Positions 12,598-24,268 of a DNA stretch of 64,000 bases are shown one piece after another. Location: assembly GCA_030141605.1 (NCBI GenBank), contig JAQGDQ010000299.1:137837-201836 (forward strand). Reading direction: 5' to 3'. The notes beneath the pieces are model-generated. The model did not search any database and was not told where the DNA came from. It saw only the letters and a program-made list of their open reading frames with translations. This DNA comes from Tubiluchus corallicola. Taxonomy: Eukaryota > Animalia > Priapulida. Position 1 is the stretch's first letter; the number at the start of each line of letters is the position of its first letter. The translations under genes and the position numbers were made by a program.

Positions 12598-13236
12598 TAT
12601 AGGTTTTACATGTCAAATGTAGACCTGCGTTAACTCAAATGTAAATTTAGGTAATTCAAATGTGTCTTGGTAACTCAAATGTAGACTTAGGTAGTTCAAA
12701 TGTGTTAACAATGGTTTTCAAGAAATCTTAAGCATTTTTTGGTAAGTCAAATGTAGACACATGTGAAGTCAAATGTGGATAGGTGGTAAATTTTAGGGGT
12801 GTTAAATTTAATCTCCTTTAATCTTAATTTAACAATTGCTGTGAAAATAATAAATTTATAGGTCTACTAATAGTTCACTAATATTCTGTAAACTTTACAT
12901 ACCATTGGAACTGTTAGAGACAACAATACATTCTTAAAATAAACAATGTTTCTTGAGCGAAACTAATTCATTAATGCAGTGCTAATGCATTACTTAAAAA
13001 ACTAATTCTTTGGGAAGGGATAAACAACACATTTTTCAAAGTTATGAAAGAGGCGATGACTATCTTTGGTTTAAATGAGTTAATTACCTATTTATTCAAA
13101 GTAATGCATCTACATTTGACTTACCTAAGTCACATTTGAGTTACCAAAACACATTTGAAATTCCTATGTCTACATTTGACTTACCCAAGTCACATTTGAA
13201 CTTTCCTGTATCTACATTTGACATGTAAAACCTATA
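12598..13236. mobile_element. Foldback-type element with long TIRs and ~20-bp subterminal tandem repeats
   Basis: tataggttttacatgtcaaatgtaga is a perfect inverted match to tctacatttgacatgtaaaacctata. Repeated tcaaatgt / acatttga units lie inside each end. Confidence 0.85.
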
Positions 13237-13394
13237 GAACATACTGTCTCCACAATCAAAAACTTGATCGACCTTAATAAATATAGAAATTAATGAGTTA
13301 AGACAAATTATATTATCTTGAATAACAATTCCTGAAAAATTTAAATGCTTATTGTTATCTTTGACTGTTGGTACTATCAATGTTCTATGCAGTG

Positions 13395-13640
13395 TAACAA
13401 ATGCTTTGCATAACCTTCATTGGCTTTCAATCAGATGTCGATGTACTTTTGAAATATTAATTTTAACCTACAAAGCATTACCTGTGTTGGCTCCAGCTTA
13501 CTTAGCTGATCGGTTGCATTTTCGTGTATGTAACAGGAGCACACGAGCTAGCAGAGCAAATGAATTAGTACTTGCTGTAGCTTTTAATAAAAAGAGGGTT
13601 TTTGCTGATTGACGATTTTCAAGCAATGTGCCGAAGTGTT
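13395..13640 (+). mobile_element. L2/CR1-group LINE ORF2 C-terminal remnant
   Basis: LHNLHWLSIRCRCTFEILILTYKALPVLAPAYL matches the LHWLP...YKAL.GLAP.YL motif. Confidence 0.75.
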
Positions 13641-14556
13641 GCAATAAGCTACTGTAGTGATGCGTGTGAACTGATAGCTCGGGTTCCAATATAAGTATCA
13701 CAACCCTGATGTTGGTATAATATAACAATGCGGTTTATTAATAAAATATAATAAGCGTAGCATATATACAAGCGTGACATCAAGGATGAAGAGTTCCGCA
13801 GCCTCTGGAGCCACCACCGGATTGGGTGTGTAACTGACTTTTAAATACTTGTGTGACGTCATACTTGTCATGTGTTTTGGGAAGGGTGTTCTCACTACAC
13901 TACTAAATGAAATTAGAACTTGCACAAATTTAATTTCTTTTATAAAAAAATTACTCATCATTTGTCAACTAAAAACTCATCTTTTTAAGCAGTATTTTAA
14001 TGTATAAATGTGGAATGTTTTGTAGATTTTTATGATTTATTAATAGGTCTAATTGAACTCAAGTTTTTTGATACTTTTATATAAATATTCTTAATTATAC
14101 AGTGTCTTGAAGAAAAAACTTATTGAAAGAGTGCTATAGAATTAAATGCATTATAAATGATATAAGTACCTTATATTGAGTTGACACTTTTTGCGGTAAG
14201 ATAATGAACAAGGCAACAACAGTCTACATGTACAAAAGAAGTAAACTGTCAATGTTCTCATGTGATACAGCAGCTAGCTATTAATTAGTAAACATTTTAG
14301 TGTGTGTTACAAGTACTTAAAGACATTGTAGACCATGAGGATTGAATTAAATTGTAGACCATGAGGATTGAATTAATCCGACCGTGATCACAAGGGATTA
14401 TGTGGCCTGGCAGTTGTGGCAAATTACAATCCAATTCTCCCTGGTTCAAATGCACGCTTAATCCCGACCTTTTCTTGTTTTTGTCTTTCAGCCATTCACT
14501 TATCCTACTATGCAATGTCCAGGGACGCAGTTTCGTGAGAAATTTTATATCATAAG

Positions 14557-15331
14557 CAGGGCCGGATTATGTCCATTAAGAGGGTCCATAAGCTAACTGT
14601 AGAATTTTACACAATAATGGGTGAACAAGAGAGGAACTACAGTCAACCTCAGATATAAGGGACACCTCCGGACCGGAAAAAATTGTTCCTTATGTCCGAC
14701 GTCCCTTATAGCCGAAGTTGAGTCACACCGAGGGTGTACCTAGACCAGTACTTTTACCCATATTTTTATGGATTATTGCTACACATTCAGTACAAACGGG
14801 AAAAATCGGGACCGGTGTTGGTGGTCCCATATAAGCGAATGCCGCTTGTAAGCGAGTACCTTACACCCGAGGTTGACTGTACACAGTAGTACTTTTTATT
14901 ATGTTAAAATGCGCCCAAGATGGGTTGTCAGATCGACATAATGCTTAATTCAGGCTGATTTATTTAACACTATGGCCTCAAGCTCCTCCAGATATTACAC
15001 TAATGAAATTATGGGGCTTCCATCAGTCCGAGCTACCTTGTAACTCACCCGCATCCGTGTTGAATATTTTTTACTCGTGATATATTTTAGGGACATTTAC
15101 ATAGCTTGATGTAAACTTATTGCAAATTCTTTAAATGAACTAGAATAGTTATCTAGTTATCTTTTGTTTGTCTATAAGGATATTGTTTAAGAAACCCGGC
15201 TATTTTACTAATCATTACAAACCAAATTAGCACATATTTCAACACAAACGTAGTGAAAAACAAATTTTTTACCAAAGCTCAAGGGGCGCTACACTGTAGC
15301 CTATACTAACCTATAGGATAATCTGACCCGG
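14557..15331. mobile_element. hAT-like MITE with nested Tc1/mariner MITE
   Basis: TIR cagggccggattat / ataatctgacccgg. Confidence 0.55.
14640..14879. mobile_element. Tc1/mariner-like MITE (short deletion derivative)
   Basis: TA|cagtcaacctc ... gaggttgactg|TA. Confidence 0.88.
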
Positions 15332-15669
15332 GTCTTAATTAGTAGAAGTAACTAGTAACTGGTACTTAGTTAGGCTTTGTAGTTAATAATAGTTACCACT
15401 TAGTTTTCTAGAAGTTTTTGCTTATTAAGTTTTCTGGGTGAAATGCATTTTTTTTGAACACCTGGTAAAGCATTGGATGCACCGCATCGGTTGTAGACTC
15501 ATAGCCATTGACTGTCTCATGTTTAGTAACACATGAGAAACTACGTAGTCAGGAGCAATCCATTGTTCTTGGTGTAGCTTATAGCTGAGAGTTCAGCCAC
15601 GCAGTTAAATCATGCTAAAAAAATTAGTAGTGATAAAAATCTGTGTAAGTTAAAAGAAAACCTAGTTAA

Positions 15670-16287
15670 AGAAAGACAGGATGATTTTTCATATACTACC
15701 CCATTTTGAAATACGGTATAAAGTATACATTTTAACACCAATAATACTGGAAAAGCGATTTTGATAATTTAATAATAGATTAAAAACTTAATTAATGGCG
15801 GGCGAGCCAAACTATTGATGACATCACAAATTGACATGATTTTCAACATCAAAAATATTCCACGAGCGTGTTGCACGTGTTTGTGAAAGCGAAAATTGAA
15901 GTACAGAACTACCATAAGATATTCAGTGTGTTGTACTAAAACTAGGCAAGTTTTAAGATAAAAATTTAAATTTCAAATTTACCGCTGTACTCACACAGGA
16001 GCTGTCGAATGCGTGCAGTTTGTCACAAACTAACACATCTGAGCTGAGAGGTACAGCACCTGTTTTTTGTGCAATGTGTTGCTGAAATGCCGGTACTAGT
16101 GCCCGTCTAACTAGCAAATGGCGAAATACATGTAACAGCGAAGAACTAGTGGCGCGAACCGATATTGCATTTGTGTGGTAATGAATCTTTCACGCAAGTC
16201 ATTTTTGAAAGAATAATATGTTTCCTTTCAATATTTTAAAGAGTAGATTGTTTTGACCTACAGTTTAACATTGAGTCTAGTTTTGCT
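15670..16287. mobile_element. Kolobok/T2-like MITE, family A (reverse orientation)
   Basis: TTAA on both sides, AG...CT termini, and similarity to 55-615. Confidence 0.8.
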
Positions 16288-16541
16288 TTAAACAGTTCCT
16301 CTGAGATTTTATTTTTAGCATCAGTTGTAAGGTGGCAGCAGGGAGCAGTAACTCTGCAGTAAAATTTTATCAGGAGTCCAGGAACATTTCTATCACATTA
16401 TGAGTATGAAATGATTACCTTGTAATAATTCGTGTTTTACATTTGCAATATGTTACTATCACAACTCATTTTACACTAGTAATGCCATAGAGTTTTTGAT
16501 GATATTATGATGCCTTTGATTTTTTCTTTTCAACAATTTAG

Positions 16542-16743
16542 TTCAGTCCTTCAAACTGTTCGACCGGGCATTGCACGTTTACACAGAAGCCAGTCGTGTC
16601 CGTCAATTTAAGGAGATCTGCGACTCCGGGGGTGAAGACGTTCTTTCCCGGCTTGGCAGCCTCATGAACGACAGTCATACAAGTTGTAGTGAAAATTACG
16701 AGTGCAGCTGCAAACAGCTGGATGAGCTTGTTGCAATATGCAG
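16542..16743 (+). CDS. GALK2: N-acetylgalactosamine kinase exon
   Basis: atttAG...GTacag. Translates [26 protein letters not shown]...[31 protein letters not shown]. Confidence 0.95.
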
Positions 16744-17169
16744 GTACAGTATAGTTGCAACCGGTGTCTCGGAGAAACTCATCTGCGATCAAATGTCTGT
16801 ATTATAGCAACCAATAAGAGTCCACTTTATGTGTAGAAGTTGCTAATTTGCTCTGGCAATACCAACAATGCTTTTCTTATCTTTATTTACTTTTCTATTT
16901 TGTTTGCTACTAGATTGTTCAACAACAACATTCTGAACTGTCCACTTTAGGCCAGATTCTCATCAAAGTCACAGTAGGATAAAAAATTTTCTTGAACGAT
17001 TTCTTTCTGGTTCACATGCTACAATTTCTGCCTCCCATCTGCAGACTTGAATGAATGTCAGATCTTTCGGAAGCAGACTATGCTACTTTTCTGACGGCAT
17101 GCAGTTGAAGATCGCGGTGTAGTTTTCTGTTCCAGGTTTGCTAAGTCTTTTTCTACTTATTTTTTTCAG

Positions 17170-17380
17170 GAAAGCCGGAGCTTACGGATCTCGTTTGACA
17201 GGCGCTGGTTGGGGAGGTTGCTGCGTGTCTCTCGTGCCTTCAACTCGGCTTCAAACATTCCTCAAACAAGTTGCAGAAGAATTCTATAGTTCTGACAAAG
17301 AATTACTCAAGCACCAGGCAACAAGTTTATTTCCTACTTCTCCGGGCGGTGGAGCTGCTATCTATGTCACACAGTCATAA
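17170..17380 (+). CDS. GALK2: N-acetylgalactosamine kinase terminal coding exon
   Basis: tttttcAG acceptor. Translates KAGAYGSRLTGAGWGGCCVSLV...SPGGGAAIYVTQS*, containing the GHMP motif GSRLTGAGWGG. Confidence 0.95.
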
Positions 17381-17487
17381 ATTTTATTTGACTTCTACTT
17401 TGGAAATGGTGTCACTGTTGCTGTGTTCTGCTGTTAAGCAATGTCTTCTCTGTCATCAGTTATGTTTCTTGGCTGTACAGTAAGCGC

Positions 17488-17757
17488 ATTAGACTCACAG
17501 TTAACCGGATAATTCACGTAATTGACTCAAAAACGTGTGGTAAAGACCGCTTCTATTAGACTCACAGTTAACCGGATAATTCACCTAATTGACTCAAAAA
17601 CGTGTGGTAAAGGCCGATCCTATTAGACTCACAGTTAACCGGATAATTCACCTAATTGACTCAAAAACGTGTGGTAAAGGCCGATCCTATTAGACTCACA
17701 GTTAACCGGATAATTCACCTAATTGACTCAAAAACATCTGGTAAAGGCCGCTCCTAT
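17488..17757. repeat. 67-bp tandem repeat x4, just downstream of the GALK2 stop
   Basis: Unit attagactcacagttaaccggataattcacctaattgactcaaaaacgtgtggtaaaggccgatcct starts at 17488, 17555, 17622 and 17689. Confidence 0.95.
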
Positions 17758-19371
17758 TCAAATGTATATAAAAATCATCTCTGACACAAATAACTCTGCA
17801 TAATTGACTCAGTATTTTTCATTCACGCACTTAAAACAAGACATTTGTGTGTGACCACAGAGCTTTTACTGCTTTTATGTCATCTTTATTTTGCTTTTGT
17901 GCATTATAATATACGTAGAAACAGTATGTTAGGTACAGCTTTGCTTTATTTGTAAGCAGGTTTTGTTTATCACATGCTAACATGTTACTGAAGACATTTA
18001 GTCACTTCCTAGCAGCTTGCCTTTGAAGCTTCCGCTGCTTTTCACAAAGTCATCACCAACTGCACCTCAAGCAATAGTTGACTATGTGTTTTACATGGAT
18101 ATGTACAGCATACAGCAACAGATTTTCGTTGTTTTTATGAGAATGACAATTTCATAAACCAACTTCTTCGTGAAAAAATGAAGCAACTGACCCTGCATGA
18201 ATTTTTGTAATTTTTAGTGGCAATAATCAGATCTGAGTAATTTTTTGTTTTTTATTAATTCACTTATATAAATAATTGCACATAGAAATTTCGACATTAA
18301 TTCGTTTCTAAAATTCAATTAAATCTTTGCAAAGCATGCTAATTTGATGCGTCATGACTAATACATCTATAGTACTAATATACTAAACCAGTCGGCTAAT
18401 TGATTCAGTCGGTTAATTGGGTCATAATACTTCCATCTCAAAGTGAGTCTATTAAGCAGTGCCTAGTGTACTTTATTTAGTACTCTAATTAGGTCCTAAC
18501 TTGCTGCAGGCTCAAGTAGAGTGACAATTTGTCTGGATTTTTCCTGGACGCATCAGGAATTAGGCTTGATGTCAGGGAGCCAAATATGTCTGAAAATTGT
18601 CAGGAAAAATCAGCATTTTGCAGCTGATCTTCGAAACTTACAGCCGATTCAAATGCACGTTAATAAACCTAAATATTAATGAATGTTTGACCTGTTAACT
18701 TTCTGGTATAATTATAATCATCAAGTATGATTTTTTAGCTTTTTTGAGTCTGTTTGATGTAAATTTATAAATTTCGTTCGTACTGTAACGTGGTTGGCTA
18801 GTATTTAGCGAACATTTTAACATCTGTAAATTTAATTTCATAAAACTAGGTTTAACCTGCATCATTGATTCAGAATGACTTTGATTACACATGTGATAAA
18901 GTCACAATCTGAAAACTCAACAAATCATTGAAAATTGTCATTGAAATCTCAAAATATATTTCAAACATGTTTGTTATTATAAACACGCAACTTGACGTGC
19001 TTCATCACTTGATTAAAATACAGTATAGTAATTTTTTATTGTAGGGACAATGTAGGCTATGCATTAGTGTATTAGTGCTCTAAGAACACTTCAGTTTTTT
19101 GTATCATCTTTAGACTACAGAATTATAAAATTTTATAAGTGGCTTGTTGGCTTGCATTGCAGACTTGTTGCTGAACTCATTTAAGCAGCCTGGTCCAGCC
19201 CGACTCACGCACCGCCCCTACCCTATCACTCTCACACAGTGGTCGCTCTAGCGTCAAGACATACTCACTAGAATTTAATTTTTGACAAAATTGTAAATTA
19301 GAGATTTTCCCGCTTCTACTCTCTTTCTTGTCTAGATGTCACATGACGTTGATACAGAATTGTATGTACTA

Positions 19372-20049
19372 CACTAAGTCCTCGCTTAACGACGCTAATG
19401 GGTTCCAGCAAAACGGGTCATTAAGCAAAACGTTGTTAAACGAAACATTGTTTTCCATAATAAACAATGTAAAAGCATTCAGTTGCATCCCAGGAGCAAA
19501 AATCAATAGTGCTTGGCTATGTAAAACTGTTCAAATGCCTGCACAGGGGAGAGAACCACTGAGCCTGGCTATATTAAAAGGTTCAGTTATCTTGCAGGAG
19601 AAAAGTCAATAACTGTTGGCTCTTAAATTAAACACTTTATATGGTTTATTGCTTACAGTTCTACAGTGTTTCTTTAATTAAAATATTACTAATATTACTA
19701 GTTTTGTGTTTGTGGCTGGACAGGAAAGAGTTTTATCGGCTGAAACTTTTGCGTTTTATCAAGAAGAATTTTATCTAAACATGGAAAAGCAATGAATCAT
19801 CATGGCCTGCCTATAGCTGTAGCTGATTGTCTGATATTGGTTTAGTTGTGCTACCGTGATCTGGGTTAAATGGTGGCCATCTTGACATAGTACAAGCACA
19901 GTGAATAAGATTTTAGTGTTTAAAGTAAGCCAAAAAAATCGTCGTTAAAACAAAACATGCGACGTAGAGCGAAAAAAGGTGTCAAATGATTAGCGTCGTC
20001 AAAATGAAATATCGCTAAGCAGGGAGTTGTTAAGCGAGGACTCACTCTG
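19372..20049. mobile_element. Tc1/mariner (pogo-like) MITE
   Basis: TIR agtcctcgcttaac / gttaagcgaggact. Confidence 0.7.
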
Positions 20050-20844
20050 GTAGCGTCTGGTAACATCTACTAAAGTGGTGTTGAACTAACTTAATTTTTA
20101 TTATTTTTGGGTGAGATAGTAACAAGTGCCAAAGTTGGTGGCATTAATTTGTGTGATTTTGCACGCATATTTGGTTTCCCTCATTCCCTGATTTCCCTTT
20201 CTTGCACTGTAATTGTTATTATGTTAGTGTTGTACTTTTTACATTGTTTTTTGACACCTTATTATTGGATTATGTTACTGTTCAATTGTTTTTTGAAACC
20301 TTATTGTTGGATTATGTTACTGTTCAATAAAACATTTCATTTGGGCTAAGTGATTTGAGAAAATCTTTTTTATCAACTGGCAAAGATTAAAAGAGTTTTA
20401 ATTTTTTCACAAGACATAGCTGTACAGAACTTTTTATATTTACCACATATTGTTTTAATTTTCTGCAGCAAATATAGCTCATATGACACTGCAGCTTTAA
20501 GAGTGTGTCATTTTTTTAGTTGAGCCCTGCCCTTTCAGAAGTTTAGTCATGTCAGTGAAGCATATATTGGACGTAAATAAGTTTTTTAAAAAACGAATAT
20601 TCACTAGTCATCCCCCAAGGTATGACGATGAAGACTATAGAAAAAAACGCCGTTGATCGTGACATGAATGTCGAGATCTAGTGTGGACACATACGTACAC
20701 GCGTGTAGTTCCTAATCTGGTCGATGTTACTTATTGTCAGATAACATAGTTTCTGCTTCCAGTGCTGAGCTACTTCATACTTAAAAAACTGCAATTCAAT
20801 TATCATCAGTTTCATTCCAGTTTAGTTGCAATATTAATATTATA

Positions 20845-21294
20845 CAGTCAACCTCGGATGCAAGAGACACCTCGGGACCGGAAAAAAACGTCCGTTATAG
20901 CCGAAGTTGAATCAGACTGAGGGTGTATCTAGACCTGTACTTTTCTGTACTTTTACCCATATTTTTATGGATTATTACTGCACATTCAGTGCAAACGGTA
21001 TGTAGGAAACTCCTTTAGTGATGCGAAATGTATATGATCAGAAACCGAGCTGTTCGAAGGCCGAGTTTGCGAAAAATCGATCAATTTCGCTTTGATTATA
21101 GGGTCCCTTATATGCAAGGTAATTTATCTGGGTTTCTATTACACGGGATTTAAAGATACCGTCCCTTATAACCGAATACCTTATATACGAAGATTTTGTA
21201 AGGAAAACTGTTATGAAAAATCGGGACCGGTTTTGGTGGTCCTTTATATGTGAGTGTCCTTTGTAAGTGAGTACTTTATACCCGAGGTTGACTG
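20845..21294. mobile_element. Tc1/mariner-like MITE (longer version of 14640-14879)
   Basis: TA|cagtcaacctcgg ... ccgaggttgactg|TA. Confidence 0.88.
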
Positions 21295-22643
21295 TACATA
21301 AATGCTTGTGACAGTATGGACACGCTTTGTCCAGTGTTTGAACTCAGAAGTTGGGACCTCAGTAAATGTGGAAAAGCGGTTTTTTAAATTTTCTCAGCAC
21401 AGTAACTACTACAAGGAACACCAGTCGAAACAAAAGCCACATGAGAGACTTGACATCTGTGGTGAGGGGGAATAACAGTCTCAGTTCTGATGCACAATTC
21501 CAGCTGTCAGTTAACAAGTCATGTATGGTGCACGGCACGCTAACAACACCACCGCGAGGTATGGTTAATAAGTTCTACACCAGAGATATTGAGAAAAGGG
21601 ATGACGGGATTGACGGAGGCAAAACTGGAAGTTAAGATCCTCGTAATGAGAACGATGTCGTTGAGAAAATCAGGTACGTTAATAAAATTGACTTGAATAA
21701 AAGTGAGCGTGAGTGGCTTGATCGAAGAAAAAATTATCAGCAGCTAAGCCTGGTAGTGATTTCCTGTTGACAGTTGACAACTTTCTGTTAAAGTTCGTGC
21801 TTAATTGCTTATACATGTACATTTGTAGATATTTCTGACATTTCGCTTTTTTTTAGAAATTTTTGTACTTTCATACCGAATCGTCATTATTTAGAAAGAC
21901 CGAAGAATATTCTTTTGGGTAAGTGTACGTCTTTAGCTACTAACGTTTAATTGAAAATGAAATTAAGTAAGATCACTTGGCTGTAATACACTTACTAGTA
22001 TAAAGCCTTTTAAAGGTCTAAAACTAGTTTCACACGTCTCCCCGTTTTGTCCGGCAAACCGAGATATGAGTATACATATAAGTTTTTAAGTTTAACGTAC
22101 ATATAGCAAGTGCAGACTTTACTGTAAAATAGCGAGAAGCATGACTTATGGTTATTTAGATCACCTTGCACGTCTGTGGGTATAATATTTTATTTTAATT
22201 CGTTGGTGTGAAAATAATTTTGTTGATTTTGAAAGATCAGAATTGTTACAAGTCATTTTAGAGATTTAGCTCAGCAATACTTACAATAGTGCAAATGATT
22301 CTTTTTTATTTGCCACTGACTAATTTAAAGTAAGCACTTCAAGTTTATGAAGATGTGCGACAGGCAGCTTTAATTGAATCCAAATGGAAGGCCATACAAG
22401 TAAATTCCAATTTATATTTTATGCATTGTTTGCACTACTTTGTCTCGCTGTTAACAACATTAAAAACAAGTGTCTAATTTGGCAATCTCAGTCTTATGGT
22501 GAAAAAATACTATAAAAACTAAAAAATTTCTGAACGTTCCCAAAATTCATGAAGTATTTGAAAACTGCTCGCGAAATACAACATGAACAGGAACATGAGC
22601 TTTCAGTTAGGCATATTTTCTTAAAATAAATAAAAAGTCTTAA

Positions 22644-23270
22644 CTCCTTCGGGCTGTACCATTCAAAGTCAGTCTTATAAGACCTATTAATTTTCTGCTA
22701 CTGTATGAACACAGACATAACTAAATGATTACAAATTAGGTACTGTTCTATTCAGGAGAATCTCAGCTATCCCATCATGCTATTTGCTTAAACATTTATA
22801 GGTGATTAATTGGTTTAAATTAAGGAAAACATACCCTTTTCAGGCACTCCAACTTAGCCTATTAACCTGTTGAGTAGCTTAGTCTGGTATACACTTGCGT
22901 GATCGCACACACTAATTTACTGATTGCTCGCTCTCTACAGCCCAAGAGAACCATCTGCTGTATGGAGTTCCAGGACAAAACCAAAAAATCAGCCAAGGAG
23001 AAATTAATATTGTTTCATTTTTTAACAGAAATTTCTCCTTAAAAATAGAGCACACTTGAGGCCAAACTATTGTGTCAGGATAGTTGAAATTTTCTGCACT
23101 AGCCAATTTCACACATGTGATACTATAGTTTGTTACAGTGCAAACATTGCGCATAGTAACTGATGATTTTTAATTTGTTTAAGGTTAGCAAATGCGTTTC
23201 ACATATAATTTTGCATGAAAACCATTGTGTGAGGAGTAGAAACCTACAAACCCTTACAGTCCTGAAGGCG
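22644..23270. mobile_element. piggyBac-like MITE
   Basis: ttaa|ctccttcgggctgta ... tacagtcctgaaggcg|ctaa. Confidence 0.7.
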
Positions 23271-23718
23271 CTAACTTGAAAATTAGGGGGATGCCCTTTG
23301 TAACAGTGATCTTGTAGTACTGGAGAGATGTTGCTGGTGTTTTGGGATTTCGAGATTGAGACGATGAACTTACATGTATCAACGTAATACTGTACTTACT
23401 TTCTGGATATGTCACACATTCAGTATGTTAGCATTTTTGCTTTAGGTGCAAATGGAAGGCTGTAAAATACAAAAAGAGATCGTCTTTTTTATAAATGAAT
23501 ATCGGAATTCAAAGTTTTCAGCATTAGGAGGTTCATGTTAAAATGAATTTACTAATGTATCTCTCGTAGTTATAAACTATAGTGATTAATCATTAAATAC
23601 GGAATAAATCTTGTGGATTTTTTAAAATTGGCTGACATCTTTATAACCATACTGATTTTGAATTCATTTTCTGTCAGGAATGTTGTTCTTTCTGATGCTA
23701 GTTTTCAGCTTATTTTAA

Positions 23719-24268
23719 AGCAAAACTTAACCCACTCTTAAGCTGTAGATCAAAACAATCTCTTCTTTAAAATGTTAAAGGAAACATACTGTTTTTTTTC
23801 AAAAATAACTTACGTGAAAGAATTATTAGCAAACAAACACAATTTCGCATTCACACCACTAGTTCTTCACTTTTACATGCATTTCACCATTTGTTAGTTA
23901 GATGGGAATTAGCACCTGCATTTCGGAAAGCGTTGCACAAAAACGGTGCTGTACCTCTCAGTTCAGATGTGTTAGTTTGTGACATACTGCACACGTCTGA
24001 CAGCTCATGCGTGAGCACAGAGATAAATTTGAAATTTGAATTTTTAGCTTAAAACTTGCCGAGTTCTAGTACAACACACTGAATTTCTTACAGTAGCACT
24101 GTAATACTAACACATGAAAGTAGTTGAGATCACCTGCTGTTAATTAAGATTTTAATCTATTATTTAATTAATTATCAGAAACGCCTTTGCAGTTTTATTT
24201 TGTTAAATTGTATATTTTTTACCGCACTTGAAAATGTGGTAGTGTATGAATACTCATCTTGCCTTCCT
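23719..24268. mobile_element. Kolobok/T2-like MITE, family A
   Basis: ttaa|agcaaaac ... ttcct|ttaa. Colinear with 55-615. Confidence 0.8.

Noticed and set aside
17488-17757. Possible CRISPR array
   Set aside because: Head-to-tail units without unique spacers, no cas genes, and a eukaryotic context.
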